From Calditrichia bacterium (lineage in GTDB: Bacteria > Calditrichota > Calditrichia > JAJRVZ01): a stretch of 64,000 nt of DNA. Location: the NCBI GenBank assembly GCA_963777955.1, contig CAVZSQ010000013.1, forward strand, positions 546,956 to 610,955. Reading direction: 5' to 3'. Of this stretch, positions 44,249 through 53,423 are shown in pieces. Under the pieces are notes generated by a model, which saw only the letters and a program-made list of their open reading frames with translations, ran no database searches and was not told where the DNA came from. The first letter of the stretch is position 1, and each line of letters begins with the position of its first letter. The position numbers were made by a program, and so were the translations under genes.

Positions 44249-46612
44249 TTAGAGCTCAATACTTTTCTTTAATTCACGTGCACGTTGATAAAATTCTTCG
44301 AGATCCATAATCTTTAAATATACCAGACCGCGTACAGAACGGATTCGCGAATCTTTATTCTGGTAAAAAAAATCTCGGCCTAATACAGTTTTCATATATT
44401 GATATTGTTTTACATGTATTTGTTTTGCCAGTCCTGAAAAGGGTCCATCATATTCATAACTTGGGAAGGAAGCTTCCGCCTGGGAGGTGAAGGCGTTCAG
44501 AAATGCGTCCTTCAGAATGGCCATTCCGTTAAACGTAACGGGTACGAACAGATTTGCTTCAGCAGGGTGAAAACGATACCAGACATTGCGGTATCCCCAT
44601 ACTTTTATTTTATCTTTACCTGGAACTTCTTGCTGATAAATTTTCAGGGCTGCTGCTATCGCTTGCATTACTTTATAGTGTGTATCGGGACCGCTTCCTT
44701 CGGGATCGAGCGCAACCGTAATTATGGTAGGATTTACTTTTTTCAGAGTTTCAATAATGGGCACAATATCGCGGTTGATCTCCGGCTCTTCGGTAAAGAT
44801 ATCCCCCTTATAAAAACCTAAGCGGGAATGTATGACAGAGTTCGCGCCAAAGCCGAAATACCCCCACTCGATATCAGCTTCCCACTCACGTATCATCCCT
44901 TTCAGGCGCTGAATATCGGGAATATCTTTCTGGCCCGGGTATTGCGAGACAAAATAATTGCTGAGAAATTCGAGTTTTTGTGTATAATGTTCTGCGACTT
45001 CCAGATTATAGATATACTTTAAATTCCGCAGAAATCTGCGCGCGGCTCCTTCATCCATGGCATAGCGGTCATTGGCCGCCAGGCCGTCCAGATACTGGTA
45101 GACATCCCGGTTTTTAAAAATAATGCTGTCAGGCTGAAAATAATTTGTTTTAACTAAGGCCTGGAATTCAGGCGTATTGAGAAATCTCATGGCAGTGCGT
45201 GATTGTTTCAACATATAGGTATTGGTAACCGCATTGAATCCGCTGGTTAAATAATTGAAGAAATGAGCATTGGACTGTTCGCGAAACAGTCGGAACAGGT
45301 AAGGCAGGTATCCCAGCATAATATCATCATGATGCGGCGCCGTATGCAGGAACACTTCATTCTTAACCGGCTCCAGTGCTTTGTCAATACGATTCACGTA
45401 TTCTTTTTCAATTTTTTTGATCAAATCGGTAAAATTTTCATCCATCTTTTGTAAAAACAGGTCACCGGACCGGGCTGTCCGCAAATCCTGTTTTTTCAGA
45501 TCGGCGATTTTTTTATTACACTGCAGGGCTAGATCGGTTAAAAAATGCATTTTATCGGAATCACTGATCTTATCCGAGTTTTTCAGTTCCAGATGTCTGC
45601 GCTCGGTCAACAGTTTTGCTGCCCCCCGGGTCAGATAAAAAGCGGCATTCTTTAAATCGTGAAGAATGGATGCCGGGACCTGATTGGATTCCTCCGATTC
45701 AATAGCCTGCCTTACGATTTCGGCTTTGGTTTCACCCGCTGCAATGATGATAGCCGTTGTTTCCGCTGAATAGGCAATGGTTTGCAGTCCGATTGTAATA
45801 ACCAGGCGGTTTCTTGATATTTCGATGCCACCAAGATCTGTGGCCGCGGCTGCTTGTGTTTCATAATTGGTTTCGGTCAATCTGGTAGTCGAAAAACAAT
45901 CAGCACCTCTGACATTAAACCCAATATGCCCATCCGGGCCGATACCACCCAAAAAGAAACCGATACCACCCAGGCTCCTGATCTTTTGCTCATAGCCCGA
46001 GCAAAACTGATCCACAGCATCCAAAACGCGTTTTTGATTCTCCTGCTCCGAATTTTTCGGAGGCTTTATCCGTAATGATAGATCCACAATATTTCCGGGC
46101 CAGATATTTTCAAGGGACTCCGCTTTATGCAGGCCTATTTCATCAGCCTTAATCAGTAAGGCCTTTTTTCTATCTAAACCAAATCCGTCTATATAGAATT
46201 TATTTACATAATAATAAAAACTATTATGCTGATTGGAATTGATCGGATAGAATTCATCGATTTGAATAAAATGAAAACTTTGCATATCAGGCTTATGAGC
46301 AGGATCAAGTTGGTATTCCTCCAAAATGGTTCTCACTTCCTGAGTATTCCATTTATCAAGCAGAAAGTAGACCCATTTAATAAAATATTCCGGAGTTTTA
46401 CCGGTTGGCAGAGATATCGTCCAGCCCTGATTTTTCTGGGCCCACTCGATAAATCGCAAAGCGCTCAGTTTACCAAGTGCGGGGAAATTTTCTACAATAA
46501 TTGTCTTCACTTTTTCGGCCGGCGGATAACAAATTTTTTGATTGTTATATTTTAATGCCATTATTTCGACCGAGGAAGTTGTTTCCCTCGTCATATGCTT
46601 CAAACTGAGCAT
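44249..46612 (-). CDS. nagB: Glucosamine-6-phosphate deaminase fused to a PIG-L-family deacetylase domain
   Basis: LPTGKTP, QIDEFY, GGIGPDGHIGFN, then APHHDDIMLG and DPEGSGPDTH. Confidence 0.88.
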   Translation of the reverse strand: MLSLKHMTRETTSSVEIMALKYNNQKICYPPAEKVKTIIVENFPALGKLSALRFIEWAQKNQGWTISLPTGKTPEYFIKWVYFLLDKWNTQEVRTILEEYQLDPAHKPDMQSFHFIQIDEFYPINSNQHNSFYYYVNKFYIDGFGLDRKKALLIKADEIGLHKAESLENIWPGNIVDLSLRIKPPKNSEQENQKRVLDAVDQFCSGYEQKIRSLGGIGFFLGGIGPDGHIGFNVRGADCFSTTRLTETNYETQAAAATDLGGIEISRNRLVITIGLQTIAYSAETTAIIIAAGETKAEIVRQAIESEESNQVPASILHDLKNAAFYLTRGAAKLLTERRHLELKNSDKISDSDKMHFLTDLALQCNKKIADLKKQDLRTARSGDLFLQKMDENFTDLIKKIEKEYVNRIDKALEPVKNEVFLHTAPHHDDIMLGYLPYLFRLFREQSNAHFFNYLTSGFNAVTNTYMLKQSRTAMRFLNTPEFQALVKTNYFQPDSIIFKNRDVYQYLDGLAANDRYAMDEGAARRFLRNLKYIYNLEVAEHYTQKLEFLSNYFVSQYPGQKDIPDIQRLKGMIREWEADIEWGYFGFGANSVIHSRLGFYKGDIFTEEPEINRDIVPIIETLKKVNPTIITVALDPEGSGPDTHYKVMQAIAAALKIYQQEVPGKDKIKVWGYRNVWYRFHPAEANLFVPVTFNGMAILKDAFLNAFTSQAEASFPSYEYDGPFSGLAKQIHVKQYQYMKTVLGRDFFYQNKDSRIRSVRGLVYLKIMDLEEFYQRARELKKSIEL

Positions 46613-47563
46613 TAAATATCCTGCTGATTCATAAGTAAGGTTGCGGCGCCAAGTACCGCATAATTCACTTCCGGATCAGATATCCGGATTTGCGTTTTAA
46701 TTTTATGCGTAAAAAGCAGATTTTCATCAATTGCTTTTTCCAGAGGATCAAACAAAAATTTTCCGGCAGCAGCCAATCCGCCGGAAAACAATACAGCATC
46801 GGGATTAAAAACATTTATAAAATCGGCTAATTTTGCACCCAACACCGTCCCGGTTTTTTCATATGCCTGTAAGGCCGTTTCATCGCCTTGGGCAGCAAAT
46901 TGCGTAACGATCTCTGAAGTCAGCTCATTAAAACTGTAATTCATCAAAGGGGTTTTTTTCTTAGCGGAACAAATTATTTCGAATACCGACCGGCAGACAC
47001 CGCCGGCAGAGGCGAATGTTTCAAGGCAACCCAGTTTTCCGCATTCACAGCGACGGTTTTCCTTAGCTATTTTGGTATGTCCCAGTTCACTGGCCATACC
47101 ATTAAATCCATTTATTACCCGTCGGTTAAACACAAAACAACTACCCAGTCCCGTGCCCAGGGTTATCATGATAAAATTTTCCAAATCTCTGGCTTTGCCG
47201 AAGACCATCTCGCCGAGGGCCGCAGTCTTTGGCATCATTAATAATGGAAACCGGTAATTGAAATTTATTTTTTAATTCACTGCACAGATTGATGTTACCC
47301 CAGCTGAAGTTAACCGAGTTGTCAATTAAGCCGGTTTTAGAATTGACGCCGGGCATGCCGACGCCGATACTCCTCACTTGATCCACTTCATTGATCAGTG
47401 GCAGAATTATTTTTTCCAGGTTAGCGAGAAAGATATTAATAGGCCGATCGGCAAAAGTTGAAAAAGTATGTTTTTTGAGAATTTCACCTTCGTGGTTAAC
47501 CAATCCCAACATGGTACTTGTTCCACCGATATCGATACCGATATAAAAGTCACGTTTACTCAT
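46612..47563 (-). CDS. ROK-family sugar kinase (probable GlcNAc kinase); frameshift near 47230
   Basis: IGIDIGGT, GVGMPG, NDA/AALGE split across frames, TLGTGLG, ELGH, CECGKLGCLE. Confidence 0.9.
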
Positions 47564-47581
47564 TTAATAAAATAGTCCTTA

Positions 47582-47606
47582 TTAGTTGGTTGTTTAAAGC
47601 AACTAA
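47582..47606. promoter_or_regulatory. ROK-type operator upstream of the kinase-nagB-TBDR operon
   Basis: TTAGTTGGTTGTTTAAAGCAACTAA (TTAGTT-N13-AACTAA); near-identical copy at 48849. Confidence 0.75.
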
Positions 47607-47620
47607 AATAAAATAAAAAA

Positions 47621-48832
47621 TTATCTGGTAATTCGGTAATTCCTGAAAATTTCATTTATAGCCATAGTGGCTGAGCCAATAAGTCTGGGACGTTCCGAAA
47701 GGGATGACGGTAGAATTTTAACCTTTTTTTCCAGACCGAAAAAACTGTGTTTCGATAACCCCTTTAAAATTTCCGGATAAATGATGCTCCATACCTGTAA
47801 AATACGTCCGCCGATAACAATCACCGGCGGGTCTAACGCCCTTAAAATGTTGGCGATACCCTCACCCAAATACTTACCTGTTTCTTTAATCACCGCAACG
47901 GCTTCACTTTCTCCCTGGTTAGCTGCATTACAGATATCATCAATTAAAATCCGCTGTTTAGCCGCCTTGCTTATTTTTATCCTTTCCAGGTATCTGTGCA
48001 AAGTTGCTTTGTCCGATGCATATGCTTCCCAGCATCCTTTATTACCGCAGACACAGTTGACACCGTTCTCATGCAGGGTCATATGACCAAATTCACCGGC
48101 CGCATAGGAAATACCTTCAATCACATTATTATCAATCACAATCCCTGTTCCGATACCGGCGCCGACTGAAACAAAAACGAAATTGGAATAGTTTTGAATC
48201 TCACCCTGGCCATACCATAATTCTCCCAGCGCAGAGGCGTCCGCATCATTTTCGAACCTGATAAACGTTTTGCTTCTATCATATTTTCTGAATAATTCCT
48301 TAAGTTTTACGTCTTTCCACCCAAGGTTTGGAGTGACGGTGACGTGACCGTCGACAGGATCAATTAACCCGGAGATGGTCACCCCTATTCCCTGCAAGGC
48401 GCGTATAGCCAGTTCAGATTTTAAATGGTTTAATTTATTTATGGCCTTTTTTACATATTCATCCGGTGAAACGACGGAATTCTGTATTTCTATTTGCTTT
48501 AAAATCTTTCCGTTTAAATTTACAATGGCAACGCGGATAAGATTTGTATCAAAATTGACTGCTCCTACAAAATGACGTTCCTGGTTCAAGTGCAGCTGTA
48601 AGGGATTGCGTCCGATTTTATTATCCGACACTAGTTCTTCGATTAAATATTCCTCTTTTATTAATTCAGAAACAATATTCGATACCGTACTTTTATTTAA
48701 GTGCGTGATTTTTGAAATAATCACCCTTGAAATCGGCTGTCTTTCTCTGATTAAATTTAAAATCGTGGCGCGATTTATACTGCGCACAAGTTTTGAATTT
48801 CCACCGATAATTATGTTGTTCGTTTTTTCCAT
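47621..48832 (-). CDS. ROK-family transcriptional repressor (NagC/XylR-like)
   Basis: N-terminal HTH INRATILNLI...ISRVII...NKSTVSNIV, GRNP, ENDADASALGE, CVCGNKGCWE. Confidence 0.93.
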   Translation of the reverse strand: MEKTNNIIIGGNSKLVRSINRATILNLIRERQPISRVIISKITHLNKSTVSNIVSELIKEEYLIEELVSDNKIGRNPLQLHLNQERHFVGAVNFDTNLIRVAIVNLNGKILKQIEIQNSVVSPDEYVKKAINKLNHLKSELAIRALQGIGVTISGLIDPVDGHVTVTPNLGWKDVKLKELFRKYDRSKTFIRFENDADASALGELWYGQGEIQNYSNFVFVSVGAGIGTGIVIDNNVIEGISYAAGEFGHMTLHENGVNCVCGNKGCWEAYASDKATLHRYLERIKISKAAKQRILIDDICNAANQGESEAVAVIKETGKYLGEGIANILRALDPPVIVIGGRILQVWSIIYPEILKGLSKHSFFGLEKKVKILPSSLSERPRLIGSATMAINEIFRNYRITR

Positions 48833-48848
48833 TAAACTAGCAGGTAAT

Positions 48849-48873
48849 TTAGTTGGTTGTTTAGATAAACTAA
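48849..48873. promoter_or_regulatory. ROK-type operator, probably autoregulatory
   Basis: TTAGTTGGTTGTTTAGATAAACTAA, 17 nt upstream of the repressor start. Confidence 0.75.
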
Positions 48874-48975
48874 ATATAACAGATAATATATCTCAACTTC
48901 AAGTCTTTTTTTTCTTTTTTTTATTCCTGGTTTACCGGCGTCATCGCTGCAAAAAAACCGCTACTTTCACTTCAG

Positions 48976-49050
48976 GCGGGGTGGATGGGGTCACACAGAA
49001 CTATGATGATCGTTACTTTCGCCTCGAAACAGCAAGGCTAGCACCGGTGA
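48976..49050 (-). repeat. att-like repeat copy R4
   Basis: Plus strand GCGGGGTGGATGGGGTCACACAGAACTATGATGATCGTTACTTTCGCCTCGAAACAGCAAGGCTAGCACCGGTGA. Confidence 0.85.
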
Positions 49051-49087
49051 GTGACGGGGAGTCCAATCTTAACGTGACTACAGGAGG

Positions 49088-50323
49088 TTATGGCACTTTC
49101 AAACGCATGGGCTGCCACTGGAGATATGTCAACGATCGCCATAACCACTCCGTTGGCCCAAAACGAAAGCGGGTCAACCACCACAGGCTGAATGGGATTT
49201 GCAGAGCAAAAATGACAACCGTCAGGATTAAGCCCGCCGCCGGGCCAACCTGGCCATACAGACCCAAACCATAGTGGTAAAAGATAGTTGTGCAAATTAA
49301 CGTCTGCATCAGATAAATCGTCAGCGACATGCGCCCCATACTCGCCAGGGGAGCCAGGCGATGGAGCCATGTGTCTTTTTGCAGGAGTAACACGAGTGTG
49401 GACATATAGCCCAAGGCCAGTATCGGCCCGCTAAAAACATGAATGACACTGCGTAAAGTGCCCAGAGGGGTTGGTACTATAAGGTTAGTTATCTCTGAAA
49501 GCAATATGACCAGTAGCTCGCCGGTGAATCCAAGCCCCAATCCCACTAACTGCACCCGGCGAATGAGCGGTAAATAAGCGGGGATGTCTTGCAGAATGCC
49601 GCGCTGACCTATGTACAACCCCAACAAAAACATGGCGAAGATGTTGGGCATGAGGAAAGGAGTAAAGGCCCACATGAACTTGAAATTCACCTGGTGCTGT
49701 GTCAAGATTTCAGCCAAGGTTCCATGACGATAAGCCTGGATGGTTTGGGCAGCGGCTTGTTTATAAGCTGCTTTGGTTTCCGCAAAGAATTGCGCCATTC
49801 GCACCGCACCGTCCGGCTGCATGTTTTTCAGAGCGATGAATCCCAGCAATCCAACATAAAATACCGCTATCAGGAACAAAATTGTTACCCCCCAGGTCAG
49901 TAACGTTTTCGACTGAGCCTTATGAAAGAGCAACAGCAATCCGCCTAAAATGGCGTAAAGCACAAGAATATCACCCACCCAGAAACCCAGGATATGCACC
50001 AGGCCAATCAGCAGCAACACTAACAGCCGCCGCAGATATAGAGGCACAAAGCGACCACCGCGCGCCCCGGTACGTTCCATCATCATATACAGGCCGAAGC
50101 CAAACAATAACGAAAACATCGAAAAAAATTTGCTCTCACCGAACAGGACTATAAAACTATACGCCAGATTGTCGTACAACCCTTTCCATTCGGCAACCTG
50201 AGTAATGATGACCCGTACCGGCCAGGCAAAGGCAGGCATGTTGACCAGTAAAATGCCAAAGAGCGCAAAACCGCGCAGCACATCCACGGCTGGGAGCCGT
50301 TCAGCAGTCGCAATTGGAGTCAT
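49088..50323 (-). CDS. DUF418 (YeiB-like) membrane protein
   Basis: DVLRGFALFGILLVN, KFFSMFSLLFG, GRMSLTIYLMQT, GPTEWLWRSLTY; start at 50323. Confidence 0.92.
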   Translation of the reverse strand: MTPIATAERLPAVDVLRGFALFGILLVNMPAFAWPVRVIITQVAEWKGLYDNLAYSFIVLFGESKFFSMFSLLFGFGLYMMMERTGARGGRFVPLYLRRLLVLLLIGLVHILGFWVGDILVLYAILGGLLLLFHKAQSKTLLTWGVTILFLIAVFYVGLLGFIALKNMQPDGAVRMAQFFAETKAAYKQAAAQTIQAYRHGTLAEILTQHQVNFKFMWAFTPFLMPNIFAMFLLGLYIGQRGILQDIPAYLPLIRRVQLVGLGLGFTGELLVILLSEITNLIVPTPLGTLRSVIHVFSGPILALGYMSTLVLLLQKDTWLHRLAPLASMGRMSLTIYLMQTLICTTIFYHYGLGLYGQVGPAAGLILTVVIFALQIPFSLWWLTRFRFGPTEWLWRSLTYLQWQPMRLKVP

Positions 50324-50352
50324 AGATTTTTCTGAGATGAAATTATTATGCG

Positions 50353-50892
50353 TTACCATTTCATAAATGGCAGTGGATTCAACGGATGCTTGAAAAACCA
50401 TACCCACGCTAGCTGCGTCAGTCGCTTATGAAATCCTGCATTGGGAAAGTGCTTTTTGACGCTTTTTAAATAAGTTTTAGGTAAACCCATTTTCACCAAC
50501 CCTAGCGAGAAATCTACTGAATCGCCTTTACGGAATACTTCAATCAGCGGAAAGCGATCATCCTGATATTTCCTGAGTTTGTGGTGCATATCGATCATGA
50601 GCTCAATTTCAGGTATCCATCGTTCAAAACTATTATATTTTAAATACTCTTTCGCCAGAGCCATAGAGGGCGGTAGGTAATCAAGAGTGTTATTAGCCCA
50701 AATTCCAAGATCATGAAAACATCCGGCTATGCTGATCTTTTCCCGGTCTTCATTATTGCAGTTATGTAAAGCAAAACAAAAATGAATCATGCGATAGACA
50801 TGGTTTTTATATCCGGGATAATCTTGCCCTAGTTCATTCTTCCATTTCTCCAATATTTCATCCACTAGCGGGAGATGTTCTTCGATTACCAT
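50353..50892 (-). CDS. HD-domain protein
   Basis: YKNHVYR...FHDLGIW...HHK...D pattern. Confidence 0.8.
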   Translation of the reverse strand: MVIEEHLPLVDEILEKWKNELGQDYPGYKNHVYRMIHFCFALHNCNNEDREKISIAGCFHDLGIWANNTLDYLPPSMALAKEYLKYNSFERWIPEIELMIDMHHKLRKYQDDRFPLIEVFRKGDSVDFSLGLVKMGLPKTYLKSVKKHFPNAGFHKRLTQLAWVWFFKHPLNPLPFMKW

Positions 50893-51023
50893 GATAAGCT
50901 CCCTTTCTTAGGCCTGATGGTAGAGCATAACCGAACACCAGAATCTTAGTACCTACTATCGATTCCTACTTATCAAATTGTTATCCTGAGCACTATCAGT
51001 AAATACGCGGTCATAAGAATAGG

Positions 51024-52373
51024 TCAGTGAGGAGTGGGACTCAGCGCATTTTCAGATCTCATCTTCCTCAACCGCAGGTATTCCTTCCTGAATGACCAGT
51101 TCATATAGAGCAGGAATAAGGATAGCAGAATATCCTTGCTGACTGACCGCCTGATTATCTCTCCGAATCCTGATAATCTCCCAAGCAGGTCAATAAAACC
51201 CTCCTCCACTTGTTGCGGGGTCATGTTCCTGGGAAGATAGAAGCAGAGGTTAAATGAAGAGTTGTACGCTATATTATTCTTCAAGAAATCCTGCTCATCC
51301 TTCATCAGCACCCTCCCCTCCTGCTTAAGCCGATCATAGAGTTTCGTACCGGGTGTCGGTACCAGTATGTTTAACATCGGCAGAGCAATCCTGTTATCGA
51401 TGATAAATTTACTCATCCGGGCAGCGGTATCAAGCGTATCGCCGTCAAGACCATAAATGAAAAACGCAGCGACCCGTATACCTGCTGCGTGGATGTTTTC
51501 CAGGTATCGCCTGTACGAATTGACGGTATACTTTTTTTGGACAGCATCAAGATTTGATTGATCGATGGATTCCATACCGATAAATAGTACCCTGCAGCCA
51601 GCTTTCTTTAAGAGCTGAAGGGTTTCCGGATCATCACCGATGTCGATCGTGCATTGGGCACCCCAGATGAAACGGAAACCATGGCTGATCATCGCCTGGC
51701 ACACTCTAATCAGATACTCACGATTGTTGTAAACATTTGTATCCACAATGGCTATTCTTCTCGTCGTTCGGTGTAAATACTCAAGTTCTTCAATTACATG
51801 CTCAAATTTCCGCAGGTAATACTTCCCCTCATAAATGTGACCGATACAGCAGTAATCACACCAGTTACGGCATCCCACACCCAGGAGGACAGGCATAAAA
51901 GAGATCTTCCGTTTATCGAGAACGGAATAGTCAAATCTGTAATTCAGATCCGGCTTGCAGAAGTATTCTTTTTTGAGAGAATGGGATTCAGCGTCTTTTA
52001 GTATGATGGACATCTCCGCTGGACCAGGATTCCCGTGAATTACCGAGTCACAACGTCCATCCAGGTAATGTGTGCTGATATGGGGCTGAAACCCGCCGAA
52101 TATTACTGTCTTCCCCCTCTTCCTGAATTCATCCGCTATTTCGAGGCCACGGAAAATCTCGTATCCCATGGATGATATACCAATCACAGCAGCATCCGTA
52201 TTTAAATTCAGATCATCGAAATATTCATAGCAAAACTCCTTTTCCCAATCAGAGGGAATTGTCGCACTCAATGCAGGGAGGGCCAGAGAAATGATGTACA
52301 ACTTCTTTCCCTTCAGGAGATTGCCGTTATTATCCCTGTAGGAGGGTTGAATCAGGTATATCTTTCGCTTCAT
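51024..52373 (-). CDS. Cobalamin-binding radical SAM protein
   Basis: N-terminal B12-binding-like domain (VIFGGFQPH), CRNWCDYC, GCRVLFIGMES, PTPGT. Confidence 0.9.
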   Translation of the reverse strand: MKRKIYLIQPSYRDNNGNLLKGKKLYIISLALPALSATIPSDWEKEFCYEYFDDLNLNTDAAVIGISSMGYEIFRGLEIADEFRKRGKTVIFGGFQPHISTHYLDGRCDSVIHGNPGPAEMSIILKDAESHSLKKEYFCKPDLNYRFDYSVLDKRKISFMPVLLGVGCRNWCDYCCIGHIYEGKYYLRKFEHVIEELEYLHRTTRRIAIVDTNVYNNREYLIRVCQAMISHGFRFIWGAQCTIDIGDDPETLQLLKKAGCRVLFIGMESIDQSNLDAVQKKYTVNSYRRYLENIHAAGIRVAAFFIYGLDGDTLDTAARMSKFIIDNRIALPMLNILVPTPGTKLYDRLKQEGRVLMKDEQDFLKNNIAYNSSFNLCFYLPRNMTPQQVEEGFIDLLGRLSGFGEIIRRSVSKDILLSLFLLYMNWSFRKEYLRLRKMRSENALSPTPH

Positions 52374-52427
52374 ATTTGCTCTCATCAAACGTGAGATTAA
52401 TCTATTACCCACTGAGCTCTCTGACGA

Positions 52428-53423
52428 TCAGCAGTCTTTCTCGGCGCAAGATTGCAGAATATCTTCGAACCTGCTCCATTTGAATTGGAATGAAGTCGTC
52501 AGAATCTTCTTCGAAGAGTAGGTCATGTCGAATCCAGGCTGCCACATGGTAAAGACAAACCGATCTCCACTTACCCGACGTATCCAGCGCGATAATAAGG
52601 GGAACTTATGCAGCTGTTCTGAGACACGGGCAAGCATCCTGGTCTTTGCATAGGCAGGTCCTAAACGACTCAGGATCCGCAGGTATGCCTGAAATGCGTC
52701 TTCGAACAATATCGACTCGTCGACCGCAATATTAAATATCTGGTTATCCTCAGTGGGAGATAACATTAACTGTGCAGCTGCTTCGGCTACATCTTCCACA
52801 TGCACAAAATTAAACCTTTTACGCTGGAATCCCTCGGCAAGAAGTATTCTTGAGAAAATGGCGGCTCTCAGTTGTTCGCCGAATGGAGTATGCTGCCCGG
52901 GTCCGAATACCCCCACTGGCCGGATCGCGATGGTGGGCATACCCGAGTTGGCGGCGATCTCAAAAGCAGCCAGTTCACCCAGGAGTTTCGAGTAGCCATA
53001 GGGTTCAACCGCCCGCGGCATTATCTCTTCTGAAACTGGTTGATGCGCTCTGGCCAATAGTCCATACACCGCTGTGCTGCTGCAATAGAGCGCCCCTCGT
53101 ACCCCCGCTGCAGCTGCACATGACCAGACATTTCTGGTTCCCTCCACATTGATTCTCTGCAGCTTCTCCCTCGCTGCGTGGGCGTCGACTAGTGCTGCGA
53201 AATGAAAGAGAATGTCAACCCCTTCCAGAACCTTCCTGAATGAGTTCGGGTCAAGTATATCGGCATTCACCAGTTCTACTCCTTCCAGGCCTGCAATACC
53301 GTTGCCACTATTTTGCCGGTGGATACCAGCTTTTATACAAACCCCCCTTCTGGAGAGTGCCCTCACCACCTGGCTTCCAATAAAACCAGCTGCACCTGTT
53401 ACAAATGCTATCCGGGGTTTCAT
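52428..53423 (-). CDS. NAD-dependent epimerase/dehydratase (extended SDR)
   Basis: VTGAAGFIG, SSTAVYG, YGYSK. Confidence 0.92.
   Translation of the reverse strand: MKPRIAFVTGAAGFIGSQVVRALSRRGVCIKAGIHRQNSGNGIAGLEGVELVNADILDPNSFRKVLEGVDILFHFAALVDAHAAREKLQRINVEGTRNVWSCAAAAGVRGALYCSSTAVYGLLARAHQPVSEEIMPRAVEPYGYSKLLGELAAFEIAANSGMPTIAIRPVGVFGPGQHTPFGEQLRAAIFSRILLAEGFQRKRFNFVHVEDVAEAAAQLMLSPTEDNQIFNIAVDESILFEDAFQAYLRILSRLGPAYAKTRMLARVSEQLHKFPLLSRWIRRVSGDRFVFTMWQPGFDMTYSSKKILTTSFQFKWSRFEDILQSCAEKDC

Noticed and set aside
48976..49050. Repeat contains CTGATGA...GAAAC, reminiscent of a hammerhead ribozyme core
   Set aside because: Stems I and II cannot be paired and the core varies between copies (CTGCTGA, CTGATAA, ATGATGA).
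48606..49274. 222-aa plus-strand ORF crossing R4, and ORFs 59531-59986 and 59583-60224 near R5, as possible integrases
   Set aside because: They are antisense or alternate-frame shadows of real genes with no recombinase motifs.
50345..50931. HD gene flanked on the minus strand by GTTATGC and GCATAAT, like integron cassette cores; a weaker similar pattern flanks the GNAT gene
   Set aside because: No attC hairpin, no integron integrase, and the 7-mers are imperfect enough to arise by chance.
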